Shown one piece after another: positions 9,022 through 18,836 of a DNA stretch of 64,000 bases. Under the pieces are notes generated by a model that was not told the origin of the DNA, made no database searches, and saw nothing but the letters and a program-made list of their open reading frames with translations. The position numbers were made by a program, and so were the translations under genes. Numbering within the stretch: the first letter of the stretch is position 1; every line of letters begins with the position of its first letter. This DNA comes from Lachnospiraceae bacterium (lineage in GTDB: Bacteria > Bacillota > Clostridia > Lachnospirales > Lachnospiraceae), in the NCBI GenBank assembly GCA_017520425.1, contig JAFXFO010000033.1, positions 7,257 to 71,256 of the forward strand, read 5' to 3'.

Positions 9022-9226
9022 AAAAATCCTTTCTTCAGGAATCGCTTACGCTTGTCATGCAGAAGCGCCATAAAACATTCCACTTAGGCACGCTCTCGCT
9101 CCGTGGAACGCGTAGCGGTTCTAAATTCGAAAACACCTCATTAAGAACCGACGTGTTCCAAGGGCCTTGCGTTGGAACATTTTACGGTGCTTCTGCTTTC
9201 CAAGCTTACGCTTCCTTCAAAAATCC
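9022..9226 (-). repeat. Highly structured REP/MITE-like intergenic element flanked by 8-bp direct repeats
   Basis: Outer stem 9059-9082/9173-9196, inner stem 9104-9122/9143-9160, several GNRA-type loops on the minus strand; AAAAATCC at 9022-9029 and 9219-9226. Confidence 0.7.
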
Positions 9227-9251
9227 ATCCAACATTCCCTCGAAAATATCA

Positions 9252-12227
9252 TTATCTGGGAACTTCTACCATGATATATGCTTCTACAATATCCAGTTCC
9301 TGCATCTGGTCGAAGCCGTCGAATACAAGACCACATTCGAAACCGGTCTTAACTTCCTTCACATCATCCTTAAATCTCTTAAGGGATGCCAGTTCACCTT
9401 CGTAAATCTGATTGCCTTCACGGGTGATACGAATCTTACAGCCTCTCTGGAAGATACCATCTAATACGTAAGAACCTGCAATATTACCCACTGCGGATGC
9501 CTTGAAGATCTGGCGAACCTCTGCATGACCGATAATCTTCTCCTCGTAAACAGGATCCAACATACCCTTCATAGCTGCCTGAATATCTTCGATTGCCTGG
9601 TAAATAACCTTGTATAATCTTACATCCACGCCTTCACGCTCTGCAGTAGCCTTTGCGGTAGCATCGGTACGTACGTTGAAACCGATGATAATTGCATTGG
9701 ATGCACCTGCCAAAGTAACGTCGGATTCGTTAATGGCACCAACACCGCCATGGATGCATTTTACCACTACTTCTTCGTTAGACAGCTTCATCAAAGACTG
9801 CTTCACTGCTTCCACACTACCCTGTACGTCTGCCTTTACGATTAAGTTCAATTCCTTCAGATTGCCTTCCTTAATCTGGGAGAACAAATCATCAAGAGAC
9901 ATTCTGGACTTGGTTTCCTCCAGCATCTTCTCCTTGTTCTGTGCCAGATAGGTTTCTGCATAGGTCTTAGCCTGCTTGTCGGTAGCATGGGAAAGGAAAA
10001 CCTCACCTGCTGCAGGTACATCGGAAAGACCTAAAATCTCTACCGGTGTGGAAGGCGTTGCTTCCTTCACTCTTCTGCCCTTATCGTCAATCATAGCTCT
10101 TACCTTACCATAGCAAGCACCTGCGGAAATAAAGTCACCTACATGCAAAGTACCCTTCTGTACCAATACGGTAGCCACAGGACCGCGTCCCTTATCCAAC
10201 TCAGCTTCGATTACAAGACCTCTTGCCTGACGGTTAGGATTTGCCTTTAACTCCAGCACATCTGCGGTCAGAAGAATCATTTCCAAAAGGTCCTGAATAC
10301 CTTCGCCTGTTTTTGCGGAAACAGGTGCAAAAATAGTACTTCCGCCCCAATCCTCTGAAATTAATTCATATTCGGTCAGCTCCTGCTTAACACGTTCAAT
10401 GTTTGCAGAAGGCTTATCAATCTTATTTACGGCTACGATGATTTCAATACCTGCCGCCTTAGCATGGTTAATTGCTTCCACGGTCTGGGGCATTACACCA
10501 TCATCTGCTGCAACTACCAAGATAGCAATATCCGTAGCGGTTGCACCACGCATACGCATCGCGGTAAACGCTTCATGTCCGGGTGTATCCAGGAAAGTAA
10601 TCTTTCTGCCGTTCGCATTAACGGTATACGCACCGATATGCTGGGTAATACCACCTGCTTCCTTGTCGGTTACATTGGTCTTACGGATGGCATCCAAAAG
10701 GGAAGTCTTTCCATGGTCAACGTGTCCCATTACACAGATAACGGGAGGTCTTTCCATCAAATCTTCCTCTGCCTCTTCCTCTTCCTTCAAGAGTTCCTCA
10801 ATTACGTCAATCTTTTCTTCCTTTTCACAAAGAATATCGTATTCCATCGCAATATTCTCTGCATCTTCATAAGAAATTTCCTGATTTACGGTTACAATCT
10901 TTCCTTCCATAAACAGTTTCTTCACAATTACGGAAGGCTGCAACTTCATCTTATCAGCCAAGTCCTTGATGGTGATGGTCTCAGGCAATACGATTACCTT
11001 GATTACCTCTTCTACCACTTCTTCTTTCTTCTTTTCCGGCTTGATGAAGCGTCCCGGTTTGTTCTTCAGTGCTTCCTCTTCCTCATAGAAGTGATCCTTC
11101 TTGTTTCTCTTATCCTTTTCCTGACTGATACGTCTCTTTTCTTCTTCTCTATGCTTTTCGGTATCCTTTATAGGGGCTGCATCACCGCCGAAATTATTCT
11201 TGCTGCGATTGTCCCTACTAAACTTATCTCCCTGACGTCCGTCATTTCTGCCGCCACGGCTGTCTCTGTCCTTGCCGCCGAAATCCTTGCCGCCAAAGTC
11301 TTTTCCTCCAAAGTCCTTGCCGCCGAAATCTTTACCGCCATTGTTTCTGCGGTCGCCCTGGTTAAAGCCGGGTCTGCCCTGCATACCGCCTTCCGGTCTA
11401 TTGTAACCACCCTGACGATTGCCCTGACCGCGATTGTCACGGTTTTCTCTGTTATCACGGTTAAACTGACCGTTTCTGTCCTGGCCCTGACGATTGTCGG
11501 GACGATTTCCTCGATCATTATTTCTCTCAAAACCACCCTGACGCTGATTATTTCTGTCTCCCTGGGGTCTGTTATTGGTATTCTGAGGTCTTTCCTGTCT
11601 GTTTTCTCTAACAGGTGCTGCCACTTCCGACTTCACTGTTACTTCCGGTGTTTGTACCTGAACCTCTACCTTTTCAGCCACCACATCCTTCTTAGGCTGA
11701 GACTGAGGCTGTGACTTCACCATCTGCACACTGGGTGTGGGAGAAGGAGGAGTCAGGGGTTTAATAGCAGGACGTGATACAGGTGCCTGTGAAGGTCTGT
11801 TACCTGCATTATTATATCCGCCGGGTCTGTTTTGATTCTGAACCGGTCTGTTCTGGCTCTGCCCCTGTACCGGTGCCTTGGACCTTTGTCCGCCGGGAAT
11901 CTTTGAATTTTGCGGATTGCTTACAAAGATAATGGTTTTCTTTTTCTTCTTTGGTGCTTCCTCATTTGCTACCGGCTTCTTTTCTTCAGAGGTAGCCTCG
12001 GTTGCCTCCTTCACCACTTCTTTGGTTTCCGCTTCTGTCACTTTTTTATCTGCCAAATGCGTTTCTCCTTTTTTACCGAATGCTTTACGCACGCTTTCAA
12101 TCGCATCCTCCTCTACGGAGCTTTGCGCCGCCTTTGCTTCAATACCCTTTTCCTGTAAAAAAGCAAGGACTTCTTTACTTGTTATATCAAGCTCTTTTGC
12201 TAACTCATGTACTTTCATTTTTGCCAT
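9252..12227 (-). CDS. infB: Translation initiation factor IF-2
   Basis: [24 protein letters not shown] GTPase motifs; long low-complexity N-terminus; [13 protein letters not shown]-terminus. Confidence 0.99.
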   Translation of the reverse strand: MAKMKVHELAKELDITSKEVLAFLQEKGIEAKAAQSSVEEDAIESVRKAFGKKGETHLADKKVTEAETKEVVKEATEATSEEKKPVANEEAPKKKKKTIIFVSNPQNSKIPGGQRSKAPVQGQSQNRPVQNQNRPGGYNNAGNRPSQAPVSRPAIKPLTPPSPTPSVQMVKSQPQSQPKKDVVAEKVEVQVQTPEVTVKSEVAAPVRENRQERPQNTNNRPQGDRNNQRQGGFERNNDRGNRPDNRQGQDRNGQFNRDNRENRDNRGQGNRQGGYNRPEGGMQGRPGFNQGDRRNNGGKDFGGKDFGGKDFGGKDFGGKDRDSRGGRNDGRQGDKFSRDNRSKNNFGGDAAPIKDTEKHREEEKRRISQEKDKRNKKDHFYEEEEALKNKPGRFIKPEKKKEEVVEEVIKVIVLPETITIKDLADKMKLQPSVIVKKLFMEGKIVTVNQEISYEDAENIAMEYDILCEKEEKIDVIEELLKEEEEAEEDLMERPPVICVMGHVDHGKTSLLDAIRKTNVTDKEAGGITQHIGAYTVNANGRKITFLDTPGHEAFTAMRMRGATATDIAILVVAADDGVMPQTVEAINHAKAAGIEIIVAVNKIDKPSANIERVKQELTEYELISEDWGGSTIFAPVSAKTGEGIQDLLEMILLTADVLELKANPNRQARGLVIEAELDKGRGPVATVLVQKGTLHVGDFISAGACYGKVRAMIDDKGRRVKEATPSTPVEILGLSDVPAAGEVFLSHATDKQAKTYAETYLAQNKEKMLEETKSRMSLDDLFSQIKEGNLKELNLIVKADVQGSVEAVKQSLMKLSNEEVVVKCIHGGVGAINESDVTLAGASNAIIIGFNVRTDATAKATAEREGVDVRLYKVIYQAIEDIQAAMKGMLDPVYEEKIIGHAEVRQIFKASAVGNIAGSYVLDGIFQRGCKIRITREGNQIYEGELASLKRFKDDVKEVKTGFECGLVFDGFDQMQELDIVEAYIMVEVPR
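11267..11340 (-). repeat. 15-bp coding tandem repeat (GGKDF x4 + GGKDR) in IF-2 N-terminal region
   Basis: Protein [27 protein letters not shown]; DNA units vary at synonymous sites. Confidence 0.9.
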
Positions 12228-12245
12228 GCATTCTACCTCCTATCC

Positions 12246-12563
12246 TTACGAACCGGCCTCTGTCTCGATAGCCTTTACTATTGCCTGAGCCAGACCGGCA
12301 TCACATACTGCCAGAGAAGACCGTAAGCCTTTACCCATAGCCCATCCCAACTGCTCCTTGGTACCATATTCCAACATGGGTACCTCATAAAATGAACATT
12401 TGTCGGTAAACAGCTTTTTGGTATTCGCTGACGCATCCACCGCAACGATAACTAACATGGCAGAACCGTCCTTTACAGCCGTTTCTGTCTGATATTCACC
12501 ACTCACCAGATTGCGTCCTCTGGTTGCCAGTCCTAATAATGATAATGCTTTATTTTGCTTCAA
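12246..12563 (-). CDS. L7Ae/L30e family RNA-binding protein (YlxQ-like)
   Basis: LSLLGLATRGRNLVSGE motif; likely TTG start at 12563 with SD AAGGAG inside ylxR; conserved position before infB. Confidence 0.92.
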   Translation of the reverse strand: MKQNKALSLLGLATRGRNLVSGEYQTETAVKDGSAMLVIVAVDASANTKKLFTDKCSFYEVPMLEYGTKEQLGWAMGKGLRSSLAVCDAGLAQAIVKAIETEAGS

Positions 12564-12819
12564 TCGCTTCAAACTCCTTATCCAAGGTGTCATATATTTC
12601 TGCCGGAATGCTCATCTTAAAAGAACGCTCCAAGCCCTTATTCTTACGGGCTTTTTGCAAGCACTCCTTACTGATACACAAATAAGCACCTCATCCGTTT
12701 TTCTTTCCTGTAACATCTAAACATATGTCATCCTCTGCGGTTTTAATGACACGCATCATTTCCTTTTTGCCCTTCATCTCACCACAGCCGATACACTGTC
12801 TCATGGGAATCTTCTTCAT
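12550..12819 (-). pseudogene. ylxR: YlxR/RnpM-family protein interrupted by an in-frame TGA at codon 43
   Basis: Not in ORF track. MKKIPMRQCIGCGEMKGKKEMMRVIKTAEDDICLDVTGKKNG*GAYLCISKECLQKARKNKGLERSFKMSIPAEIYDTLDKEFEAIEAK; TGA at 12693-12691 replaces the Arg of the conserved GRGAY motif. Confidence 0.9.
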
Positions 12820-12825
12820 GAACCC

Positions 12826-13965
12826 TTATTCCTCTACTTCCTCATCATACTCTTCGTATTCATCATACTCATCGTATTCTTCATCCATATCCATGTAGTC
12901 TTCATAACGGAAGCCGGGTGCATCCTTTGCCTGAGTTTCAGACTTAATATCAATCTTGTATCCGGTAAGTCTTGCTGCAAGTCTTGCATTCTGACCTTCC
13001 TTACCGATAGCCAATGACAGCTGATAATCAGGAACGACTACCTTCGCGGTCTTTTCATCGGGATCCGCAAATACTGCTACGATCTTCGCAGGAGATAATG
13101 CATTCTGAATCAAATTACCGGGGTTCTCATCCCAGTTTACGATATCAATCTTCTCACCACGCAGTTCTTCTACGATAGCATTTACTCTGGCACCGTTCAT
13201 ACCTACACATGCACCAACTGCATCTACGTTAGGATTGTTAGACCAAACTGCAATCTTGGTTCTGCTACCTGCTTCACGGGCAATGCTCATGATTTCTACG
13301 GTACCATCCTTGATTTCGGTTACTTCTGCTTCAAACAATCTCTTCACCAATTCCGGATGAGTACGACTTACATTGATACGAGGTCCCTTAGGAGTATTCT
13401 TTACTTCCAGGATATATACCTTAATACGTTCGGTAGGCTTGAAGCTTTCTGTCTTAACCATTTCAGATTCTGTCAGCATAGCGTCTGCCTTACCTAAATT
13501 AATGCTGATGTTTCTGCCCACATAACGCTGTACCACACCGGTAACAACATCCTTTTCCTTTTCGAAATACTGGTTATAAATAACACTTCTTTCTTCTTCA
13601 CGAATCTTCTGTAAAATAACGTTCTTTGCATTCTGTGTTGCAATACGTCCGAACTCCTTAGACTTAATCTCCACATTCAGAACATCACCAACTTTAGCCT
13701 TCTTGGAAACCTGCTTTGCATCCTCCAAAGCAATCTGTAACAAAGCATCTTCTACTTCTTCCTTGGTCTCTACTACTTCTTTCTCTGCGTAGCAAAGGAA
13801 ATCACAGGTGTCTCTGTCAATCTCCACCTTGATGTTATCTGCCTTGCCGAAATGGTTCTTACATGCGGTCAGCAATGAATTTTCAATTGCCTCAAAAAGA
13901 GTTTCCTTACTAATCTCTTTTTCCTTCTCCAGAATATTCAATGCCTCCATTAACTCTTTGTTCAT
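12826..13965 (-). CDS. nusA: Transcription termination/antitermination factor NusA
   Basis: FGRIATQNAK, AREAGSRTKIAV, GACVG and LSLAIGKEGQNARLAA motifs. Confidence 0.99.
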   Translation of the reverse strand: MNKELMEALNILEKEKEISKETLFEAIENSLLTACKNHFGKADNIKVEIDRDTCDFLCYAEKEVVETKEEVEDALLQIALEDAKQVSKKAKVGDVLNVEIKSKEFGRIATQNAKNVILQKIREEERSVIYNQYFEKEKDVVTGVVQRYVGRNISINLGKADAMLTESEMVKTESFKPTERIKVYILEVKNTPKGPRINVSRTHPELVKRLFEAEVTEIKDGTVEIMSIAREAGSRTKIAVWSNNPNVDAVGACVGMNGARVNAIVEELRGEKIDIVNWDENPGNLIQNALSPAKIVAVFADPDEKTAKVVVPDYQLSLAIGKEGQNARLAARLTGYKIDIKSETQAKDAPGFRYEDYMDMDEEYDEYDEYEEYDEEVEE

Positions 13966-14005
13966 TTTTTCTCTTTTCCTCCATTCTGCCCTACCGGGCG
14001 GTTCC

Positions 14006-14470
14006 TTAAAAATCTAATGCCAATCTGATAATTGCAATATCACTTCTTACAAACTTCTTTTCTGCTCCGTTTTCTAAGACGGTAATGGTTTCGCTGTCGT
14101 ATCCAAGCAACTCCCCTTCAAATTCCTTACATCCGTCCACAGCCTTAAACAGCTTGATTTCCACATCTTCACCGATGCTTTTTTCCAAATGTCTGTCTTT
14201 CTTCAGTGTTCTTCCCAGTCCCGGACTGCTCACCTCCAAAATATAGGCATCCGGTATGAAATCTGCCTGATCCAAAGCATCTGACAGGGCGCGGCTCACG
14301 GCTTCACAGTCATTGATGTTCACGCCTTCTTCCTTGTCGATGTAGGCCCTCAAGAAGTAATCGCTGCCTTCCTTCACATACTCCACGTCATAGATGTCTA
14401 CGCCATTTTTCTCTGCGATGGGAAGCAATAGTTCTTCCGTACGCGCCTCGTAGTTTTCCTTTTTGGACAT
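14006..14470 (-). CDS. rimP: Ribosome maturation factor RimP
   Basis: GVNINDCEAVSRALS and LEVSSPGLGRTL motifs; start refined to ATG at 14470 (SD GGAAGG), downstream of the leader hairpin. Confidence 0.96.
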   Translation of the reverse strand: MSKKENYEARTEELLLPIAEKNGVDIYDVEYVKEGSDYFLRAYIDKEEGVNINDCEAVSRALSDALDQADFIPDAYILEVSSPGLGRTLKKDRHLEKSIGEDVEIKLFKAVDGCKEFEGELLGYDSETITVLENGAEKKFVRSDIAIIRLALDF

Positions 14471-14512
14471 TCCTTCCATCCTTTCATTAAAACAATGATT
14501 AAACAAACAAGA

Positions 14513-14536
14513 AAGAGTGGATTGCAGTCCACTCTT
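14513..14536 (-). promoter_or_regulatory. rimP leader hairpin (attenuator-like)
   Basis: AAGAGTGGA/TCCACTCTT stem followed by a U-rich run, between promoter and rimP start; a NusA-dependent terminator is known in the B. subtilis rimP leader. Confidence 0.65.
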
Positions 14537-14564
14537 AACTAGTAACTATCTTTAATTCTTCCTT

Positions 14565-14593
14565 AGTATATCCCTAAATGTGGGAATTGTCAA
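14565..14593 (-). promoter_or_regulatory. sigma-A promoter of the rimP-nusA-infB operon
   Basis: TTGACA-N17-TATACT. Confidence 0.75.
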
Positions 14594-14618
14594 CATGGTT
14601 TTGGAATATTTTATTGCT

Positions 14619-15989
14619 TTAATACCCCACCATAGTTCCCAACAGTAATATTCCGCAACAGCAGACTGCAATCAATACCTGCAACTTCAAACTAAACTTA
14701 ATCCACTTGCCATAGCTTACACCAACTACGCTTAAGGCAATCAGTAAACAGGGATTGGTAAAGTAAACAATATTAGAAAAACCATCCCCGTAGTTAAAGG
14801 CCAATACGGTCAACTGCCTGCTGATCCCACATACATCTGCCAAGGGACCTAAGAGAGGCATCAACAGTACTGCTTCTGCACTTCCTGAAGAAATAAAGAA
14901 ATTTACCACCATGGTAAATAAGAATATGCAAAGGATTCCGGCGTAGGGCGACATAGGCGATATCACGTCAATGGCAAACTGCAGGATACTGTCCATAATC
15001 CCAGCTTCGTTCATGGTATACTGGATGCTGCCTGCCATGAGAATCAACAGCATGGAAGGCATGATATTCACCACTCCATAGCCAAAATAAGATACTGCCT
15101 TGTGACTATCAATCTTGCTGCATATACAGCAGCCGATACCGATAATCAAGAAAAAAGCCGCCACAATAATCATCAGATAATCGGAAATACCATCCACAAA
15201 TGCTGAAAGTAAAATCACCAGAAAGCATACCACCAGGGTTCCCACAAAAAATCTGACGGAGGATTCCAGATGTGTTTTCTTTACAAACACTCCCGCCACA
15301 TCAAAATCTGATGCTTGCGTTTTTCCTGCATTTTTCTTCTCACATTTCTTAGCATAAGGAATCAGTACCAGCAACAAGCAACCGTAAATAACCACATAAG
15401 TCAACAATCTCAAGGAAATACCACTAAACATAGGAAGTCCCATGATTCCCTGCGCCACACCTGTGGTAAAGGGATTCAATACACCGGTAGAAAATCCGCA
15501 GCCCACTGCCGCCATGGACATGCCTAAACCTACCATTTCGTCCCAGCCCATAGCCAGTGCCAAGGCCACTGCCAGAGGCACCATAGGGATACATTCCTCA
15601 AAGCTACCGATAAAAGCTCCCATGCTCAAGAAGAACAAGGTAACCACAGCCAGTAGCAAATACTTCCTGTTTCCTGCAAAATGTACGATTTTTCGCAGCA
15701 TATAATCCATGGTACCGCTTCTGTCCAGCGCATTAAAGGTACCGCCGATGACCAGCAGGAAGATAATTACTGCGATTAAAGTTACTCCCTGGTCGGAACC
15801 CAATACCAAAAAGGGAGAAAGCAACCATTTCCAAAAGGGAATCCCTTTTCCCGGTATCACCAGCGTCAAAATATATGTCATAATCATCAGAACCATCAGT
15901 ATGCCTATGGCACTGATGAAGCTGCCCACACCGATACCCAGACCTTTTTTCTCTTTGCTACTCATTGGATAAATCCTTTCATCTATCAC
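14619..15989 (-). CDS. YfcC/DcuC-family multi-pass membrane transporter
   Basis: About 12 hydrophobic segments; GVLNPFTTGVAQ, FFISSGSAEA and YGDGFSN motifs typical of YfcC. Confidence 0.85.
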   Translation of the reverse strand: MIDERIYPMSSKEKKGLGIGVGSFISAIGILMVLMIMTYILTLVIPGKGIPFWKWLLSPFLVLGSDQGVTLIAVIIFLLVIGGTFNALDRSGTMDYMLRKIVHFAGNRKYLLLAVVTLFFLSMGAFIGSFEECIPMVPLAVALALAMGWDEMVGLGMSMAAVGCGFSTGVLNPFTTGVAQGIMGLPMFSGISLRLLTYVVIYGCLLLVLIPYAKKCEKKNAGKTQASDFDVAGVFVKKTHLESSVRFFVGTLVVCFLVILLSAFVDGISDYLMIIVAAFFLIIGIGCCICSKIDSHKAVSYFGYGVVNIMPSMLLILMAGSIQYTMNEAGIMDSILQFAIDVISPMSPYAGILCIFLFTMVVNFFISSGSAEAVLLMPLLGPLADVCGISRQLTVLAFNYGDGFSNIVYFTNPCLLIALSVVGVSYGKWIKFSLKLQVLIAVCCCGILLLGTMVGY

Positions 15990-16051
15990 TTTTCTTTTCT
16001 ATCACTTAACACAGCAGAAGCCGGGAGTATTCCCGGCTTGCAAAAACTTTC

Positions 16052-16270
16052 TTAAAACAATTTCTTAAACTTACTTGCTACATCTGAGATGGAATCCACT
16101 GCCACCTTAGCCTTTACACCATCCACGATTTTATCCATGGCATCATCCGGCAAATCCACACCCAAAATATCCTCGATTGCCTTCACGGGATTCTTTTCAA
16201 ACTTCTCCTTCATAGTCTTGTCAGAAGTCACCTTCTCTACCACTTCATTGATTTTTGCTTTAATGTCCAT
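16052..16270 (-). CDS. Small conserved-looking hypothetical protein (72 aa)
   Basis: SD GAGG before ATG; helical, KFEKNPVKAIEDILGVDLP core; hairpin at 16018-16039 downstream. Confidence 0.75.
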   Translation of the reverse strand: MDIKAKINEVVEKVTSDKTMKEKFEKNPVKAIEDILGVDLPDDAMDKIVDGVKAKVAVDSISDVASKFKKLF

Positions 16271-16337
16271 TTTAACTTACCTCTTTCTTATTTTGTGCCT
16301 TATGTCAGCAATTTTATTATAGTCACCGACATCGCTT

Positions 16338-17294
16338 TTATTGATACAGAGCTTCATATGCCTTTACTGCCTTGGCATATTCCTCTTTATCTTTGATTTC
16401 CTCTACAATGAAATCCTCTCCCTGACTCTCTGCGCGGAATAGATATACCCCTTCCGTGATTTCATCGCCCTCTACCTCAGACACCAGCACATAATGCTTC
16501 TCTTCGTGGTCAAATTCCTCCACAATGGCAAATTCATGCTTCTTTCTATCCGACATCTCCAAGATAAAGGTGGTATATTCTTCATAATCCCCTGATTGGG
16601 TATTTACTTCATTACTCATATTAACCTCTTTCTGTTTCAAGATTTCAAGCAACTGTGCAGGCTTATCTATAAAAGTATTGGCACCGTGAAACATCAAAAA
16701 TTCTCTGTCCCGAAAGCCCCAGGTGACTGACACACAGGGAATCTCTGCATTCATGGCAGTCATCAGATCCACATCCGAATCCCCCACATAAATGGCCTCT
16801 TCTTTCGTTGCTTCCAATTCCTCCAATGCTATATACACCAAATCAGGTGCCGGCTTACGATTGCAACCTTCCCTGTCACCGATAGCTACTTCAAAGCATC
16901 CCGGAAAATACTTTTCAGCCAATACCTTAACTGCATCATCCGGCTTATTGGATACTACTGCCATCTTGTAATTACGATTCTTCAGCTCCTGTAAAAGCTC
17001 CCATATACCTTCATAAGGCCTGGTCTCTTCCTCACAGTGCTGCGCATAATATGCTTTATAGTACTCAAATATGGACTCAAAATCCGGATGTTCCTCTCCT
17101 CCCGGCACAATGCCCTTCACCAGATTCCTGGCTCCGTTTCCAACCACCTTGCAAACCTCAGCAACTGTTTTTTCCGGCAATCCGTACTTGGACAGTGCCA
17201 TATTTGCCGCATTGGTCAAATCCCGCAAGGTATCCAACAAGGTACCATCCATATCAAATACGATGGCTTTTACGTTTTCTTTCTTAATATCCAT
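16338..17294 (-). CDS. HAD-family phosphatase (phosphoglycolate-phosphatase-like) fused in frame to a DUF1292-like domain
   Basis: DMDGTLLDT, SNKPD, KPAPD, YVGDSDVD motifs; start refined to ATG at 17294 (TAATG overlap with rhomboid stop); acidic C-terminal 93 aa begins at internal ATG 16619. Confidence 0.88.
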   Translation of the reverse strand: MDIKKENVKAIVFDMDGTLLDTLRDLTNAANMALSKYGLPEKTVAEVCKVVGNGARNLVKGIVPGGEEHPDFESIFEYYKAYYAQHCEEETRPYEGIWELLQELKNRNYKMAVVSNKPDDAVKVLAEKYFPGCFEVAIGDREGCNRKPAPDLVYIALEELEATKEEAIYVGDSDVDLMTAMNAEIPCVSVTWGFRDREFLMFHGANTFIDKPAQLLEILKQKEVNMSNEVNTQSGDYEEYTTFILEMSDRKKHEFAIVEEFDHEEKHYVLVSEVEGDEITEGVYLFRAESQGEDFIVEEIKDKEEYAKAVKAYEALYQ

Positions 17295-17902
17295 TAATAA
17301 CGGTCCTTTTTCTTCATATTCAGGCAATAGCCAAACACTGCACCTACAATACCGCCAATGATATGGGACAGATTAGACACATTGTTTCTAATAGAAACTC
17401 CTTCAAACACCTGCTGACCCAGGAAAATCAATGCCACCAAAATAAAGGTCAAAGGAATCTCACCTTCTTTAAAACTGGTAAAGGAAGTCAACAGAATAAA
17501 CGCAAATACCACACCGCTTGCACCGCAAAGTGATACTCTGGGGAAGAAAATGAAGTTAACCAAACCGGTTACCAAAGCGGTTATCAAGATAATTTCAACC
17601 AGCTTCTTTCCGCCGTGCTTTTCTTCCAACATAGGGCCCAACAGTAATATATAAGACATATTACCAATAAAATGTGCCCAGTTCTGATGACCAAATACAT
17701 GGCTAAAGAAATGCAAATAGGTCATGGGATTCAATAATGAATCACGATAAGTAATAAACAAAATTCTGGTACTGTTTCCTCTGGTAATCATTCCCAAAAG
17801 CAATGCAATCAGGCAGATAAAGGAAAATCCCAAAACAACCGGTGCATTAAAATTGATTGTAATGTTCTTCTTAATCTTCATACTCTTTTCTCCTTTGTTC
17901 AT
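17294..17902 (-). CDS. Rhomboid-family intramembrane serine protease
   Basis: HFIGNM, GASGVVF (catalytic Ser) and SHIIGG (catalytic His); six hydrophobic segments. Confidence 0.92.
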   Translation of the reverse strand: MNKGEKSMKIKKNITINFNAPVVLGFSFICLIALLLGMITRGNSTRILFITYRDSLLNPMTYLHFFSHVFGHQNWAHFIGNMSYILLLGPMLEEKHGGKKLVEIILITALVTGLVNFIFFPRVSLCGASGVVFAFILLTSFTSFKEGEIPLTFILVALIFLGQQVFEGVSIRNNVSNLSHIIGGIVGAVFGYCLNMKKKDRY

Positions 17903-17914
17903 AAAAAAATCATT

Positions 17915-18820
17915 TTATAACTCGTACGGTGTCATCTGGTATACGTAATAATTCAACCAGTTACTGTACAAATTATTACTGTGTGACCGCCACTGTAACA
18001 GTGGCTTATTGTCGGGATTATCATCAGGGTAGTAATTGTACGGCACCTGAATAGGCAATCCCTTATTTAAATCCCTGAAATACTCATTCTGTAAAGTATA
18101 TCGGTCATATTCAGGATGTCCGTTAACAAAAATTTTCTTTCCGTCCTCTGCAATGGCTAAAAATACGCCTGCCGCATCACTTTCTGCCAACACGGTTAAC
18201 TCCGGACAAGCATGTATCGCTTCTCTGGGTGACTCTGTATGGCGGCTGTGAGGTGCCAAAAACACATCATCAAAACCTCTTACCAAAGGAATTTTACGAT
18301 TAGCCACCTTGTGCTCATAAATACCGAACAGCTTCTGCGGAAGCTTCTGCTTGTCAATTCCGTAATAGTGGTACAGTCCGGCCTGCGCTCCCCAGCAAAT
18401 ATGCAATGTAGACGTCACATGGTTTTCTGCCCAGTCCATAATATCACACATTTCCTCCCAGTAGTCCACCTCTTCAAAGGTAATATCCTCTACCGGTGCT
18501 CCCGTAATAATCATACCATCAAACTTACGGTTTCTGACATCATCAATGGTACAATAAAACTTGTTCAAATGGTCTGCAGGTGTGTTTTTGGAAATATGAT
18601 TCTTCACATTTAAAAAGGTCACATCCACCTGCAAAGGAGTATTGGACAGTGCTCTCAGCAACTGCAACTCCGTGTCCTGCTTCACCGGCATAATGTTGAG
18701 TATGGCAATCTGTAAAGGACGGATGTCCTGATGCATCGCACGATTTTCGTCCATCACAAATATATTTTCATTTTCCAGGATTTCCTTTGCCGGCAAATCG
18801 CTTTGTATCTTAATAGGCAT
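17915..18820 (-). CDS. metA: Homoserine O-acyltransferase, MetA family; likely acetyl-specific (MetAA)
   Basis: ITGAPVE (Glu at the specificity position; Gly in succinyltransferases), ICWGAQA catalytic Cys, GHPEYD His. Confidence 0.95.
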   Translation of the reverse strand: MPIKIQSDLPAKEILENENIFVMDENRAMHQDIRPLQIAILNIMPVKQDTELQLLRALSNTPLQVDVTFLNVKNHISKNTPADHLNKFYCTIDDVRNRKFDGMIITGAPVEDITFEEVDYWEEMCDIMDWAENHVTSTLHICWGAQAGLYHYYGIDKQKLPQKLFGIYEHKVANRKIPLVRGFDDVFLAPHSRHTESPREAIHACPELTVLAESDAAGVFLAIAEDGKKIFVNGHPEYDRYTLQNEYFRDLNKGLPIQVPYNYYPDDNPDNKPLLQWRSHSNNLYSNWLNYYVYQMTPYEL

Positions 18821-18836
18821 TTACTTTCTGTCTCCT

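Noticed and set aside
10464-11714. 416-aa + strand ORF opposite infB (likewise 7540-8202, 49750-50616, 45778-46413 and many shorter ones)
   Set aside because: Lie wholly opposite strongly conserved genes, no SD or recognisable domains; long antisense frames are expected from codon bias.
12691-12693. Selenocysteine or genome-wide TGA recoding as an explanation for the ylxR stop
   Set aside because: The position is a conserved Arg, not Cys; no SECIS-like hairpin was evident; TGA ends other genes here (ribF, efp-adjacent DUF5688, RHS).
15982-16007. 10-bp direct repeat TCTATCACTT x2 at the YfcC start
   Set aside because: Too short and low-complexity to call an operator; probably a small local duplication.
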